From a phage: a DNA stretch of 64,000 nt. Location of the stretch: the sequence record PV730299.1, one strand, 5' to 3'. Position numbers and translations under genes: made by a program. Of the stretch, positions 54,662 to 64,000 are shown in pieces. Position 1 is the first letter of the stretch. Each line of letters opens with the position of its first letter. Under the pieces are notes generated by a model. It saw only the letters and a list, made by a program, of their open reading frames with translations, did not search any database and was not told the DNA's origin.

Positions 54662-55513
54662 TTAGCCGTTGATACCGAAGCGACGATTATAGTCGGCCAA
54701 CTGACGCTTGATAGATTCTTTCAGCTCTTTGTCTGTTTCATCTTCATCGTCATCTTCATCGCCTTCTTTCTTAGGCTTTTTGCCTTCGGCTTTAACATCT
54801 TTGTTGTCGTCATCGCCGTCTTTACCGCCGACTTTGTCCTGGAAGTCATCGTCATCGTCATCGCCTTCTTTCTTCACGGACTTACCTTCTACCAGGTTGC
54901 GGAAGGTGTGTACGCGGGAAGCGAATTCGCTTTCGGTGGTGAACTGCACCGCTTCCAGCAGATTGACAACCGTTGCTTTCTTGGTGTCGACCATACCTTC
55001 ACAGATACGGGCGATCACAGAGTCACGCAGAGTCGCATTCGCGGCTTCTTTGATTTGACGGTTTTCGCTTTCGGCAATCGCAGCACGTCGTTCTGCTTCG
55101 GTCAGGCGGGCAGTCAGCGCAGCGATCTGGCCGTTTTCGTCGGTGGCAAAGTTAATACCAGCTTCTTTCAGAACACCAGTCAGGCCAGTCAGCAGATTTT
55201 CAGCCGCTTCACGTTTGATCTGAGCATCGATTGCAGGAGCGTTTGTGTTAGCCCACTCTTCTACAACAGCATTCAGGAAGCCATCGACTTTGGTCGCGAT
55301 TTCCATCAAGTGAGACTCTTTCAGCTGAGCAATCTCAGCCTGATGAGCTTCAACCAGACGCAGGCGCTCAATGTTGGCAGCGTTTTCGGTTTCTTGAATA
55401 GCGGTCAGGCGAGCGGCTTCTACTTTAGATTCCAGCAGACCAGACACTTTATCCAGGAAGTCGGTGCTGAGGCCGTTAACGCCCTCAAACAGTTTTTGCA
55501 ATTCAGGTTTCAT
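54662..55513 (-). CDS. 22: prohead core scaffold protein, T4 gp22-like
   Basis: 283 aa coiled-coil-like protein with acidic/lysine-rich C-terminal tail, located between the gp21 and gp23 homologues as in T4. Confidence 0.8.
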   Translation of the reverse strand: MKPELQKLFEGVNGLSTDFLDKVSGLLESKVEAARLTAIQETENAANIERLRLVEAHQAEIAQLKESHLMEIATKVDGFLNAVVEEWANTNAPAIDAQIKREAAENLLTGLTGVLKEAGINFATDENGQIAALTARLTEAERRAAIAESENRQIKEAANATLRDSVIARICEGMVDTKKATVVNLLEAVQFTTESEFASRVHTFRNLVEGKSVKKEGDDDDDDFQDKVGGKDGDDDNKDVKAEGKKPKKEGDEDDDEDETDKELKESIKRQLADYNRRFGING

Positions 55514-55558
55514 GATTGTTTCCTTCTGAACGATTTTCAGTATTTAGTGAGGCTGAAT

Positions 55559-56227
55559 TCAGCCCAGATGTTTCAATGCGATATCGAGGCGGCGCAGGAA
55601 GTCGTCTTCTAACTGAATATTGGTTTTCACCAATGAATCGACCACATGCCCCTTAATGTCCTTAGGAACCCAAATTCCTGAAGATTCATCAAGCTGCCAT
55701 TCCACAGATTCGCTCACAGCCTTTACATAACAAACTTGTCCAGAAGGACGGTCGACTGCATCAACAGCAGTGAGCATAAAGCCGGGTTGAACGTCATCAT
55801 AGCCGTTCACTGACTTGGTCTCACCAAGGCCACGTGTAGACACGGCCAGGTTGAAGTCTGCTTCAGCCAGAGCACGAATGATCTGACCTTTCGGTGTATT
55901 CAGGATCCGCGCTCGACCGATAGCGTTGGTGCCTTCCCAGCGCAAAGATTCGGTTTTGAGTGCAGCGTGTTCGATATCGGGGAAAGGATAATCCGGATGC
56001 TTGAGTTCACCGATTGCACGACGATCCTGGATATACTCTTTGTCGTATGCTTCGACAGCAGGGATACCCACCTTTTGGAGATCGTAGTTGCGACCATTAC
56101 GGTTCACCTGGTTACACATCACGAATGGACCTTCGATGTACATGGCTTTGCCGCCAGTGACCGTGGCCGCTTCACCAATCTGAAGTTCTTTCCCTATCGC
56201 AGTGATCTCACGCAACAGTTTCATCAT
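55559..56227 (-). CDS. 21: prohead core protein/protease, T4 gp21-like
   Basis: 222 aa; position and overall similarity to T4 gp21 prohead protease. Confidence 0.8.
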   Translation of the reverse strand: MMKLLREITAIGKELQIGEAATVTGGKAMYIEGPFVMCNQVNRNGRNYDLQKVGIPAVEAYDKEYIQDRRAIGELKHPDYPFPDIEHAALKTESLRWEGTNAIGRARILNTPKGQIIRALAEADFNLAVSTRGLGETKSVNGYDDVQPGFMLTAVDAVDRPSGQVCYVKAVSESVEWQLDESSGIWVPKDIKGHVVDSLVKTNIQLEDDFLRRLDIALKHLG

Positions 56228-56234
56228 TCGCTCC

Positions 56235-56540
56235 TTAACTCAGCCCCATCATACGACGGAACTTCATTGCTTTTTTCTTACGACGCTCGATTTTGCGCTG
56301 ATATCCCATACCCATGCGTTTCTTGGCTCGGATCGCCTTGCGGTTGCCCAGCTTGCGGGTACGGCGCTCACTGGCGACCATCACCTCACAACGGGAACCA
56401 TCCGCAGACAGTTTGAAACCAGGAGCACACTGCAGACGGCGACGGCGTTTGCCTTTTGCGTTCACCTTGTCAATGACTTTCTGCTCATCCATGCGGGAAG
56501 CCAGGAAATCAGCGAACGTTGCAACTTCTTCGATTTCCAT
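56235..56540 (-). CDS. 68: prohead core protein, gp68-like (by position)
   Basis: 101-aa highly basic ORF between the gp67-like and gp21-like genes; SD GAGGAATGTATC-ATG. Confidence 0.5.
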   Translation of the reverse strand: MEIEEVATFADFLASRMDEQKVIDKVNAKGKRRRRLQCAPGFKLSADGSRCEVMVASERRTRKLGNRKAIRAKKRMGMGYQRKIERRKKKAMKFRRMMGLS

Positions 56541-56552
56541 GATACATTCCTC

Positions 56553-56723
56553 TTACTGGTCGTCGCCGAAAGGACCCATGTCTTGGCTCAGGGAGTTCAA
56601 GACATATTCAGTACCCTGCTGGACCAGTTCTTGGGCGCGAGCGGATAGCTCCATTTCGCATTCAGCAGCAGCGGCATCAGTATCACCGGCGATGATTGCT
56701 TTTACCAGATCGATAGCGGCCAT
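56553..56723 (-). CDS. 67: prohead core protein, gp67-like (by position)
   Basis: Small acidic protein immediately after the portal gene; start taken at MAAIDLV with SD AGAGGA; the track start at 56774 overlaps the portal gene. Confidence 0.45.
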   Translation of the reverse strand: MAAIDLVKAIIAGDTDAAAAECEMELSARAQELVQQGTEYVLNSLSQDMGPFGDDQ

Positions 56724-56760
56724 GTTCATATCCTCTAAATGTTTTCTATACTTAGTCGAA

Positions 56761-58455
56761 TTATTCTTCACCACCAGGAGGGTTAGTCGCTGGGATGACG
56801 TTAGGTCTGAATTTCAGTGGACTGACTTCCCCGCTGCCGAAGCCGCCGGACTCATCTGCCTGCACTTCAGGGTATTTGCCTTCTTTCTTCTCTTTCGCGA
56901 TCTTCTCTTGCTGGTCTTTGATGTCTTCATCGGACATACGCAGCAAATTGCGTTGAGCAAAATCGATAGAGAAGAGAGTGCCGATATATGGTTCGATCTG
57001 ACCGAGAGCCGCCATACGCTGTGACAAGATTTCGTTCTCTTGTTGTTCACGGATGAAGCTGTCAGAAGTGAATTCGAACTTGACGAACGGCTTGATCTTC
57101 TCATTCCAGTCAGCCTGATCTGTAATGCCTTTCAATATCAGTTGACGGCGCAGAAGTTCCAGGAAGATACCAGAAGAATAACGACGGCGCAGGCTCGCAC
57201 AGAACTTGTTGAAGCGCAGTTCTTCCTGTGTGATTTCAGCAAGATTGGAACCACCGATGTTGATGGAACCTTCCTCTTGCAGGCGGCTCTTAGGGATCAT
57301 CAGAGCCTCATAGAGTTTCTCGCGGAAGTATACCACATGATCCATTTGACCCAGTTGATCGCCACCGCCTACGTTGGAGATCTCGGTTGCGTTCTGTCCT
57401 TCGCGACGTGGTAGCCAGTAGTCCTCAGCGATACCCATCAAATGAGTGTTACCAGCCACCTTACCAGTGGTGCGATCATACGCCAGACGGTTCTTGAATT
57501 TGCCCATCATGGCTTGCATGTATTCTTCGGCCGACTTCTTACCCAGCGTACCCACGTCGAGATAGAACGCTCGCTTCTCAGGAGCACGTGTTATCGCATA
57601 GATCACCGTTGCATCTTCAGTTGTAACAAGGTTGTTCAGGGGACGGATAGCTGGGTTCAGCAGGCTGGGTACAACCCCATTCGCCAGAGGCTCTTCACCA
57701 CTGTCCAGATACACTATGCTCTCATCATCAAACACCAGCTCTTGCTGTGACGGTTGGAAGTTCTGAGACGTACCGGACTGGCCAGTGAATTGGTTGCGGT
57801 TGTAGTTCGGGTTGTAGTAGTATTGAAGTTTTACGTCATTGATGACTTCGATACCGTCGCGCATCGCCTTTTGAACGATGTATACAGGACGGATACAGCG
57901 TGAGTCCATCATGATGAGTTTGGCGATACCCGCTTTCTTGTTCTTCGGGTCCACTACAACGTGGAATGCCTGACGGCCTTCAATATACCATTTGCGGATC
58001 TTCTGATACGCCGTGTTGTCAAAGTCAAGGAGATGCATGATCTCTTTGAATGCGTCAGTGATCTTCTCTTTGACTTCGTCTGTGATGCCATCTACCTTTT
58101 CCAGGTTGATGGTTACAGGAGTCTCTTCCTCTTCACAAGTGACGACGTCGTTGACAATGATATCCACAGCCTTACGAATCTCAGGCTGCTGAGCCATAGA
58201 CTGGTACTCTTCGACCAGCTGTTTGACGTTGAGCAACTCATTCTCAACACCAACGAAATTGAATGTGTTCGCGCCGCCCTGGAGGATGATGGAACCATCC
58301 TGAGAATCGTCCAGCGCAACAACAGTCGCTTTTGAAAGCAACTTCTCTTCTTGGTTCGTGACCATCTTGTCGGTATCAATCGGCGCTTCTACTTTGCCGC
58401 CTCTGCCGAACAAGCCGAAGAACCCATTTCCGAATGCACCATTACCGAATGCCAT
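56761..58455 (-). CDS. 20: portal vertex protein, T4 gp20-like
   Basis: 564 aa; size and order (18-19-20-67-68-21-22-23) as in T4. Confidence 0.9.
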   Translation of the reverse strand: MAFGNGAFGNGFFGLFGRGGKVEAPIDTDKMVTNQEEKLLSKATVVALDDSQDGSIILQGGANTFNFVGVENELLNVKQLVEEYQSMAQQPEIRKAVDIIVNDVVTCEEEETPVTINLEKVDGITDEVKEKITDAFKEIMHLLDFDNTAYQKIRKWYIEGRQAFHVVVDPKNKKAGIAKLIMMDSRCIRPVYIVQKAMRDGIEVINDVKLQYYYNPNYNRNQFTGQSGTSQNFQPSQQELVFDDESIVYLDSGEEPLANGVVPSLLNPAIRPLNNLVTTEDATVIYAITRAPEKRAFYLDVGTLGKKSAEEYMQAMMGKFKNRLAYDRTTGKVAGNTHLMGIAEDYWLPRREGQNATEISNVGGGDQLGQMDHVVYFREKLYEALMIPKSRLQEEGSINIGGSNLAEITQEELRFNKFCASLRRRYSSGIFLELLRRQLILKGITDQADWNEKIKPFVKFEFTSDSFIREQQENEILSQRMAALGQIEPYIGTLFSIDFAQRNLLRMSDEDIKDQQEKIAKEKKEGKYPEVQADESGGFGSGEVSPLKFRPNVIPATNPPGGEE

Positions 58456-58521
58456 GATTAAGTCCTCAACATTTTCTTGTAATTAGTGAGGGGGAATAAA
58501 GATCCCCCAGCACTGAGGACA

Positions 58522-59055
58522 TTAGAGAGACTTGTCTGAAATGGCCTGGAAGTAACGCAGGTCAACAGTGAACTGAGTATAAGAGTCCATTGCAGACATG
58601 TCCAGTTCCAGCTGACCGAGGTTCTGAGGCCAGGTGCCCTGAAGGGTCCAGGTCTTGGTGACGTTGTCGTTAGCATCCAGCAGTTCCATGATTACATCAC
58701 GGAAATAATCATCTGGGTTAGCAGACGCACGGTTGTTGTTGCTGCCGTTGATATACTGCTGCCAGACTTCGAATGCGTTGTACGGGGCGTTGTCCACGAC
58801 GTTGATGAACGTCACAGGCAGAGCCTCGAAGCGGCGGTCACCTGGGAATGGAAGTTCACGACCACCCCATGGGACGAGTATTTCCCCGAGCTGGCCTGTT
58901 GGGGTATTTGTGGTCACCGCCAACAGCGAAACATCACGGATAGTATCGCTTCCAGCCACGAAGGAAGGGAAGTTAACAGTCACACGCCAGCGGTGTTGGC
59001 GCTGAACGCCGCCCCCGCGTGACATAGCTGCTCTGAATTCATTAACTGTAGCCAT
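58522..59055 (-). CDS. 19: tail tube protein, T4 gp19-like
   Basis: 177 aa; C-terminal GQLELDMSAMDSYTQFTVDLRYF parallels T4 gp19 GELQLDWDSNNEIQTFEVTLALDYWE. Confidence 0.8.
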   Translation of the reverse strand: MATVNEFRAAMSRGGGVQRQHRWRVTVNFPSFVAGSDTIRDVSLLAVTTNTPTGQLGEILVPWGGRELPFPGDRRFEALPVTFINVVDNAPYNAFEVWQQYINGSNNNRASANPDDYFRDVIMELLDANDNVTKTWTLQGTWPQNLGQLELDMSAMDSYTQFTVDLRYFQAISDKSL

Positions 59056-59075
59056 TATAGATTCTCCAGAAAGAG

Positions 59076-59771
59076 TTACACAATTCTAATTAGCTGCCAA
59101 CCCGTCGTGTTCAAACGCTCTGCGGTCGCAGTTTTCCTATGATACACAGACGGTGGTGGAACTGGAATACCCTTGTCGATGTAATCATAGAGTGCTGAAT
59201 ATTTAAGTCCCAACCTCTCCACATATTCACGACAGTTCCCGTGGATTTCGTGTTCTTCGCCGGAAGGAGATACCAATTTGAATCGCTTGGCATTGGAGTT
59301 TTTGGATCCGATTCTGCTCTTTGCAAATACAGATAAACTCTTCGAGAACGAACGTTTGACTCCGGTCTTACAATGTATCAGTTCCCCTGTAGCCCACCTT
59401 GGGTCATCACAGCCAACAAGACCAATTCGCTCTCCTGTTGACGCATCAATAGCACCTGTCTTTCCATAGAATGTCGCACCGTCACCACCCCAAGTTTTGT
59501 TGTACCCTTTCAGGGACATGTGGGTGCCATGCTGCTTAATCAATATGATCTCTAATTCTTTCAAGTCTTTCAGGGACTTGGTCTGGGCTATCACCTGTAC
59601 AGAAAATAATTCTTCTCCATATTTGCGGATAGCCTGATGAACAAAGTAACCAGAGCCGTTTTGAGCGCTGTTACAATGTTCCCACCACCTATCGATGGGA
59701 TCACGCGTGGTGATCCCGATATAGGCTTTCTGATTGACTAGATTTGTAATTTTGTAAACACTTCCGATCAT
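59076..59771 (-). CDS. GIY-YIG homing endonuclease (free-standing, between sheath and tube genes)
   Basis: 231 aa; N-terminal VYKITN...KAYIGIT (GIY...YIG), conserved Arg and Glu/Asn of the catalytic domain, C-terminal basic DNA-binding region. Confidence 0.8.
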   Translation of the reverse strand: MIGSVYKITNLVNQKAYIGITTRDPIDRWWEHCNSAQNGSGYFVHQAIRKYGEELFSVQVIAQTKSLKDLKELEIILIKQHGTHMSLKGYNKTWGGDGATFYGKTGAIDASTGERIGLVGCDDPRWATGELIHCKTGVKRSFSKSLSVFAKSRIGSKNSNAKRFKLVSPSGEEHEIHGNCREYVERLGLKYSALYDYIDKGIPVPPPSVYHRKTATAERLNTTGWQLIRIV

Positions 59772-59855
59772 TTCGATGCTCTCTCAGTAAAATCGTTCCA
59801 TTTTAACCCGCGAGAGACCATTGAAATGCCCTCCGAAGAGGGCATGAGGGGTAAA

Positions 59856-61751
59856 TCAAGAAGCAGCGACGATACCACCGCCGGATTCGATCTCACTGAA
59901 TTCCATGTCTGGACGCACGGAAGCAAAATCTAAAAATATCCAATTAATACTGTACTCTGGTTTCAGCCAGATACCCGCGACCATCTGGTTCGCAGCGATG
60001 ATGTCGGCGGTGTTGTTGTCCTCGTCACACTTCACCATCCCGTCATAGATCGCGCCCATGTTGGCCAACTGGCGGATATATGGGCGGACAGCGTTGCTGA
60101 ACAACCCACGAGTGAATGCATCGTTGTTCTCACCAAGGTAGTATTTGGCGATGGCTGCGATGTTCTGCTCTGCCATAATGAACAGACCACGAACGTTGAT
60201 GCGGTCGAACGCAGATGGGCGGGTCAGGCCAGTCTTGTCGCCGTACAACACGATGCCTTCGTTGGAGAAGGTGACGATGCTGTTGATCTGGTTGCGATAC
60301 AACACAGCACGCTCATCAGAAGACGCAGACCACGCCATTCGATTATAGTTGTTGTATTTACCACGGTTGTGGAACGCTGGAGACTTGTAGATACCCGCGA
60401 TTTCAATGCTTCGCGCCCAAACACCTGCGGTGCCACCACAAGCCGGAATCCAACGCATTTTGTCGTTGTACTTGTCGTACACATACGCCCAGTTGTCATC
60501 CATGAAGAAGTAGGAGGAGTCGCGAACAAGGCTTTCACGCCAGGCCACAACATCATCCATCTCACGGCCACGGTTTCCGACGACCGTATCGCGAAGAGGA
60601 GACACGAAGGACACTGTGTCTTTACGCTCGGTGGACAGGTCGATCAGTGCCTGCTGCTCAATCAGTTCTTCACAGAAACCGAACACTGGCTTGGCATCAT
60701 ACGCTTCGGCGTTGTTCAGTGCCTGGATAGCCGCAACACGGTTCCCAGTGTAATCGTCTACACCACCTTCGAGTTCAATGACACCAGCAGCCAGGGTAGT
60801 GGCGAAGGTGTACACCCAATTTGAGGTGCCGTTGATCACGTCTTTGAAGTACGCATTGGATCCATCAGATTTCTTAGAACCCTGAGCGGTCTGCACCAGT
60901 TCATACTTCTCGATGATCGTACCGGAAGCACCAACAGTGGTGACGGCAGCGGTAGCAGTCAGACCATTCGCGTCTGGAACAATCGCAGTCGCAGCCTGAG
61001 GACCGATTGCTTTGTGAGTGACGGTGACGGTGTTGGACTTCACGACAACAGAAGAATACACGCTAGACAGAGACGTCAGCGCAGTTCCGATCTTTGTCGC
61101 CAGAGTCGCCGGGGTGTCAGCGTCAGTGTATGCCACGGCTTCCCCAGCAACAGAGATGGAACCAGCAGCGGTGGCAGTACCGGATACAGAGATACGATCA
61201 ACCTGACTAACAGCGCCAGAAGAGTCGGTAATGCGACCTACTTTGTCAACGATGGCGATATGGTACTCGCCATCCTGCGGAGCATATGCGAAGTTGTTAC
61301 GGAATTCCCAGGTCGGGAACAGCGCAGCGTCACAGATGTTCACAGCAATGTCGTTACCCAGAGAGCCAGCATAGCGGCCTGTCCAGGTAATAGACGCAGA
61401 TGGGGACGCAGTTTCGAAGTCTAGTTTGTTGCGGATAAGGATTGCAGTCTGACCTTTGGTTACAGCGTTGCGTGCCGCCGGACCGACCACACGGGTCACC
61501 CATGCAACAGAGCTGTAAGACAGGAAGTCAGCAATCACCAAGAAGTCGGTGGCAGTTGCATCGTTTGGCTTGAAGAATTTCTTCACCAGACCAGTTTCGC
61601 CACCAGTGACCAACACAGGGAGTTCTGCTTCACCCCATTGGAATTTGCCGACAGTCGCACCCTGAACAACAACGGATGGAGACGTCTGAAGCGTGGCATC
61701 ACGCTCAGTCCACTGTACGGACGGCGCAACGCTGAAGCTTTGAGTTGCCAT
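59856..61751 (-). CDS. 18: tail sheath protein, T4 gp18-like
   Basis: C-terminal blocks DKYNDKMRWIP, YGDKTGLTRPSAFDRINVRGLF, AFTRGLF are collinear with T4 gp18 (DKYNDVNRWVP, YGDKTATSVPSPFDRINVRRLF); start taken at MATQSF. Confidence 0.9.
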   Translation of the reverse strand: MATQSFSVAPSVQWTERDATLQTSPSVVVQGATVGKFQWGEAELPVLVTGGETGLVKKFFKPNDATATDFLVIADFLSYSSVAWVTRVVGPAARNAVTKGQTAILIRNKLDFETASPSASITWTGRYAGSLGNDIAVNICDAALFPTWEFRNNFAYAPQDGEYHIAIVDKVGRITDSSGAVSQVDRISVSGTATAAGSISVAGEAVAYTDADTPATLATKIGTALTSLSSVYSSVVVKSNTVTVTHKAIGPQAATAIVPDANGLTATAAVTTVGASGTIIEKYELVQTAQGSKKSDGSNAYFKDVINGTSNWVYTFATTLAAGVIELEGGVDDYTGNRVAAIQALNNAEAYDAKPVFGFCEELIEQQALIDLSTERKDTVSFVSPLRDTVVGNRGREMDDVVAWRESLVRDSSYFFMDDNWAYVYDKYNDKMRWIPACGGTAGVWARSIEIAGIYKSPAFHNRGKYNNYNRMAWSASSDERAVLYRNQINSIVTFSNEGIVLYGDKTGLTRPSAFDRINVRGLFIMAEQNIAAIAKYYLGENNDAFTRGLFSNAVRPYIRQLANMGAIYDGMVKCDEDNNTADIIAANQMVAGIWLKPEYSINWIFLDFASVRPDMEFSEIESGGGIVAAS

Positions 61752-61803
61752 AATCTTATTCCTTCTCTGTAGAGTTTCGCTCAATTTGAAAGATATTTAG
61801 TGA

Positions 61804-64000
61804 TCACCGTCTCAGCCATTCTTCCATAGACATACCAGAGCGTTCATCATAAACCTGAATTCCACCGAACCCTGGGATGTTCTCCACAGAGTGAGGATCT
61901 GGCGTCGACATCATACCCCCAAATGGTAGCATCTGAGATTCTTCCATCGCAGACAACCGTCCTCTCATGTCCACAGAGATATTTGAATTGGTGAGATCAC
62001 TAAACCATTCTTGTTTCACCGCCCATGCATACAACACGAGGGGCATTACACAGTCATCATGACAACCATCATCGGCTTCATACCTTGTTCCAGTCCATAC
62101 GAATGTACTGAGTTCATCTATCGTGTCCTGGTCATCTATCACCAGCATTTCACGTTCAATCAGGGCTTTCAGGTTGGCACAGCCGTTTGTGCGCACCTTC
62201 TTGTTGGTATTGATACCAGGCTCAGGGCGGCGACCACCGATTCTCTTGCCTGTACCCTTGGTATCTGTTGTAGTGAATATGATCTCGGGATATTCAATTT
62301 CCTGATATAGAATTGTGATTACCTGACCACCCACGTCGTTGTTGGTCTCGACTAGCATCGGGCACGTTCCATACTTCTCACCCATATCGGCGATTGTGTA
62401 CGCGTACATCATTGGAGGTATCGTGTTATTTCGATACTTGGCTGCGATCTTGTGAGGATAGTCTGTGATGTCGATAATGGTCAGCACAGAATAATCCCCT
62501 TCGACACCCTTGCCTGTATCTGCGATACCCATATAGATGCGTTTAGGATCGTAGTCGTGATAAATCTTGGTGAACTCGTTCGGCTCCTGATACAGCTTCG
62601 AGGTCATCTTGTCCAGACACTTGGCAGGTATCAGTGATCCCACAGAACCACGGAACTTAATGCCAAATTCTTGATCGAAACGTGCATCACCCAGCTTCGC
62701 CCTCTGTTTGGATTCCCAGTCTGGATCTTTGGTGTACGTTGGAACACGATACCATGGGACCTCTGTGAGTTTGAAGTCGTTGTATTGTGGATGTTCTGGG
62801 TTCGCCTTGGTGACGATGTCGTAGAACAACCCGCGCTGACCTTTCGGCGTACTGGTCAGAATACAACGTGAAGTCTCTGCAGATGCAATCGCCGGGAATG
62901 TAGACTCCCAGAATTCAAAGTCGTTTTCAATGAACGCCACTTCGTCCACATACAGGAGCGATACAGATCGACCACGGATGGAGTCGGAAGATGTCGCATA
63001 GGCGTAGATCTTTGATCCGTTTTCGAACTCGATCAGCGTGGAACCGAACTTCTCACAACCCTGTTGGAGGAAGAATGGCAAATCTTGATATGCTTTGCGA
63101 ATACGATCTAGGATTTCAATCGCCTGCTTCTCTTTGTTCGCCAGTACTGCGATCTCTTTGTCGGAGTGGAACATCGCATACCAGAGCAGGAACGCTGCCA
63201 CGACAGTCGTGTTGTGGCTGAGGAAGCCGTTGGTGTAGTAGCGCTGATCACTAGATTTCACCTGTAGGTCATACATGTGATGCGTCTCACCAGTCTGCCA
63301 AACCTCACGGATTTCTTCTGGACCTTCTGACGTCATGATGTATGACCCAGCATTCAGGTCTTTGGCAAATATCTCCTTCATTTCCGGAGTGAAGAACATA
63401 TGTTCATCGGCCACGTTAATTCGCCGCCCAGTAACAGTCACAATAACGAATTCCGCATATTTCTTCGTCTTATGCGCTGCGATAACCGGAACCCAGCCAC
63501 TATCGGATTGCACAAAGTAACGTTTGCCGAAGCGGCTGTCCACGAACTTGTCATGGTTGCCAATGGTATTCAGCGGCACAGCGTGGTTGACGTCCTCGAA
63601 GCGGCTGTGAAGCTCCCCTATGGTCAGGAGCAACTGCTCTTGGCTGAGAGTATCGTAAACTGTGACAAGCGTGTCACCTTTTACACATTTCCCAGACTGA
63701 CGAGCCTGGACGACCGCATTGAATCGATAGTCCTGGAAGTCATGGAACAACTGCTTCTGATAATCGTGCATGTCAAAGAGGATGAAGCCTTTATCGATGG
63801 TCGTGATCTTGTAGTAGTTGGCGGCGAAGTAATGGGCGTCCATCGCGCACTCGACGAACTCCGATTCCTGCTCATCTGTTAGCATCAACTCCACACGAGG
63901 AGCGCGCACAGACGGCTTGCGCATGAACGTTTGGTCCATACGCAGTCTGACGTCTTCTGTCTTAAACCCCGTCTTGAGCGGGGCGTATTCCACATCACGC
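61804..64000 (-). CDS. 17: terminase large subunit, T4 gp17-like, containing a mini-intein; 5' end runs off the window
   Basis: Nuclease/ATPase blocks collinear with T4 gp17 (KDKAVGILAHK, LIEKDKLIIHH, EEGYHDDLVMSLV vs EKEIAVLANK, LIEREMLVID, DDGCHDDCVMPLV); reading frame still open at the window edge (the track M at 63993 is a GTG). Confidence 0.9.
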   Translation of the reverse strand, partial: RDVEYAPLKTGFKTEDVRLRMDQTFMRKPSVRAPRVELMLTDEQESEFVECAMDAHYFAANYYKITTIDKGFILFDMHDYQKQLFHDFQDYRFNAVVQARQSGKCVKGDTLVTVYDTLSQEQLLLTIGELHSRFEDVNHAVPLNTIGNHDKFVDSRFGKRYFVQSDSGWVPVIAAHKTKKYAEFVIVTVTGRRINVADEHMFFTPEMKEIFAKDLNAGSYIMTSEGPEEIREVWQTGETHHMYDLQVKSSDQRYYTNGFLSHNTTVVAAFLLWYAMFHSDKEIAVLANKEKQAIEILDRIRKAYQDLPFFLQQGCEKFGSTLIEFENGSKIYAYATSSDSIRGRSVSLLYVDEVAFIENDFEFWESTFPAIASAETSRCILTSTPKGQRGLFYDIVTKANPEHPQYNDFKLTEVPWYRVPTYTKDPDWESKQRAKLGDARFDQEFGIKFRGSVGSLIPAKCLDKMTSKLYQEPNEFTKIYHDYDPKRIYMGIADTGKGVEGDYSVLTIIDITDYPHKIAAKYRNNTIPPMMYAYTIADMGEKYGTCPMLVETNNDVGGQVITILYQEIEYPEIIFTTTDTKGTGKRIGGRRPEPGINTNKKVRTNGCANLKALIEREMLVIDDQDTIDELSTFVWTGTRYEADDGCHDDCVMPLVLYAWAVKQEWFSDLTNSNISVDMRGRLSAMEESQMLPFGGMMSTPDPHSVENIPGFGGIQVYDERSGMSMEEWLRR
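63211..63687 (-). mobile_element. mini-intein (about 159 aa) inserted in the Walker A P-loop of the terminase large subunit
   Basis: Host sequence QARQSGK / TTVVAAF reconstitutes the P-loop GKT when the segment is removed; the insert begins with Cys (CVKGDTLV) and ends with His-Asn followed by Thr (GFLSHN/T), the class 1 intein boundaries. Confidence 0.75.

Noticed and set aside
1-64000. tRNA genes, rRNA genes, CRISPR arrays, integrase/attachment sites
   Set aside because: No cloverleaf-like structured segments were seen in the few intergenic regions long enough, no spacer-repeat arrays, and no integrase-like ORF; tRNAs cannot be fully excluded without a dedicated scan

Overview
The window reads as a contiguous piece of a T4-like (Straboviridae-type) myovirus genome, about 50% GC, densely coding and almost entirely on the minus strand. 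All calls rest on reading the six-frame translations and the raw sequence by eye; no BLAST, HMM or structure search was run, so identifications are from recalled family motifs and T4 gene order. Coordinates I derived myself (internal starts, hairpins, promoters) may be off by 1-2 nt. Recognisable content: nucleotide metabolism (nrdA, nrdB, NrdH-like redoxin), PhoH-like ATPase, endolysin, gp61-like primase, gp46/gp47 recombination nuclease, gp55-like late sigma factor, RNase HI, a DinG/XPD-like helicase, an HU-like protein, clamp loader and clamp (gp44/gp62/gp45), RegA, UvsW, UvsY-like, and a late morphogenesis block (gp23, gp22, gp21, gp68/67-like, gp20, gp19, gp18, gp17). The most interesting candidate is an adjacent, overlapping Prs-like / NadV-like gene pair (32147-34662), which matches the architecture of the phage NARP1 NAD+ reconstitution anti-defence pathway. 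Other notable items: a ~159-aa mini-intein in the terminase P-loop, three homing-endonuclease-type genes, a recurring sigma70-like early promoter cassette, a CTAAATA-type late promoter signal with a conserved hairpin leader, an ACP-like protein whose carrier serine is replaced by Glu, and several large proteins of unknown function (a VWA-domain protein, a 986-aa late protein, a 672-aa protein). No tRNA, rRNA or CRISPR array was recognised.
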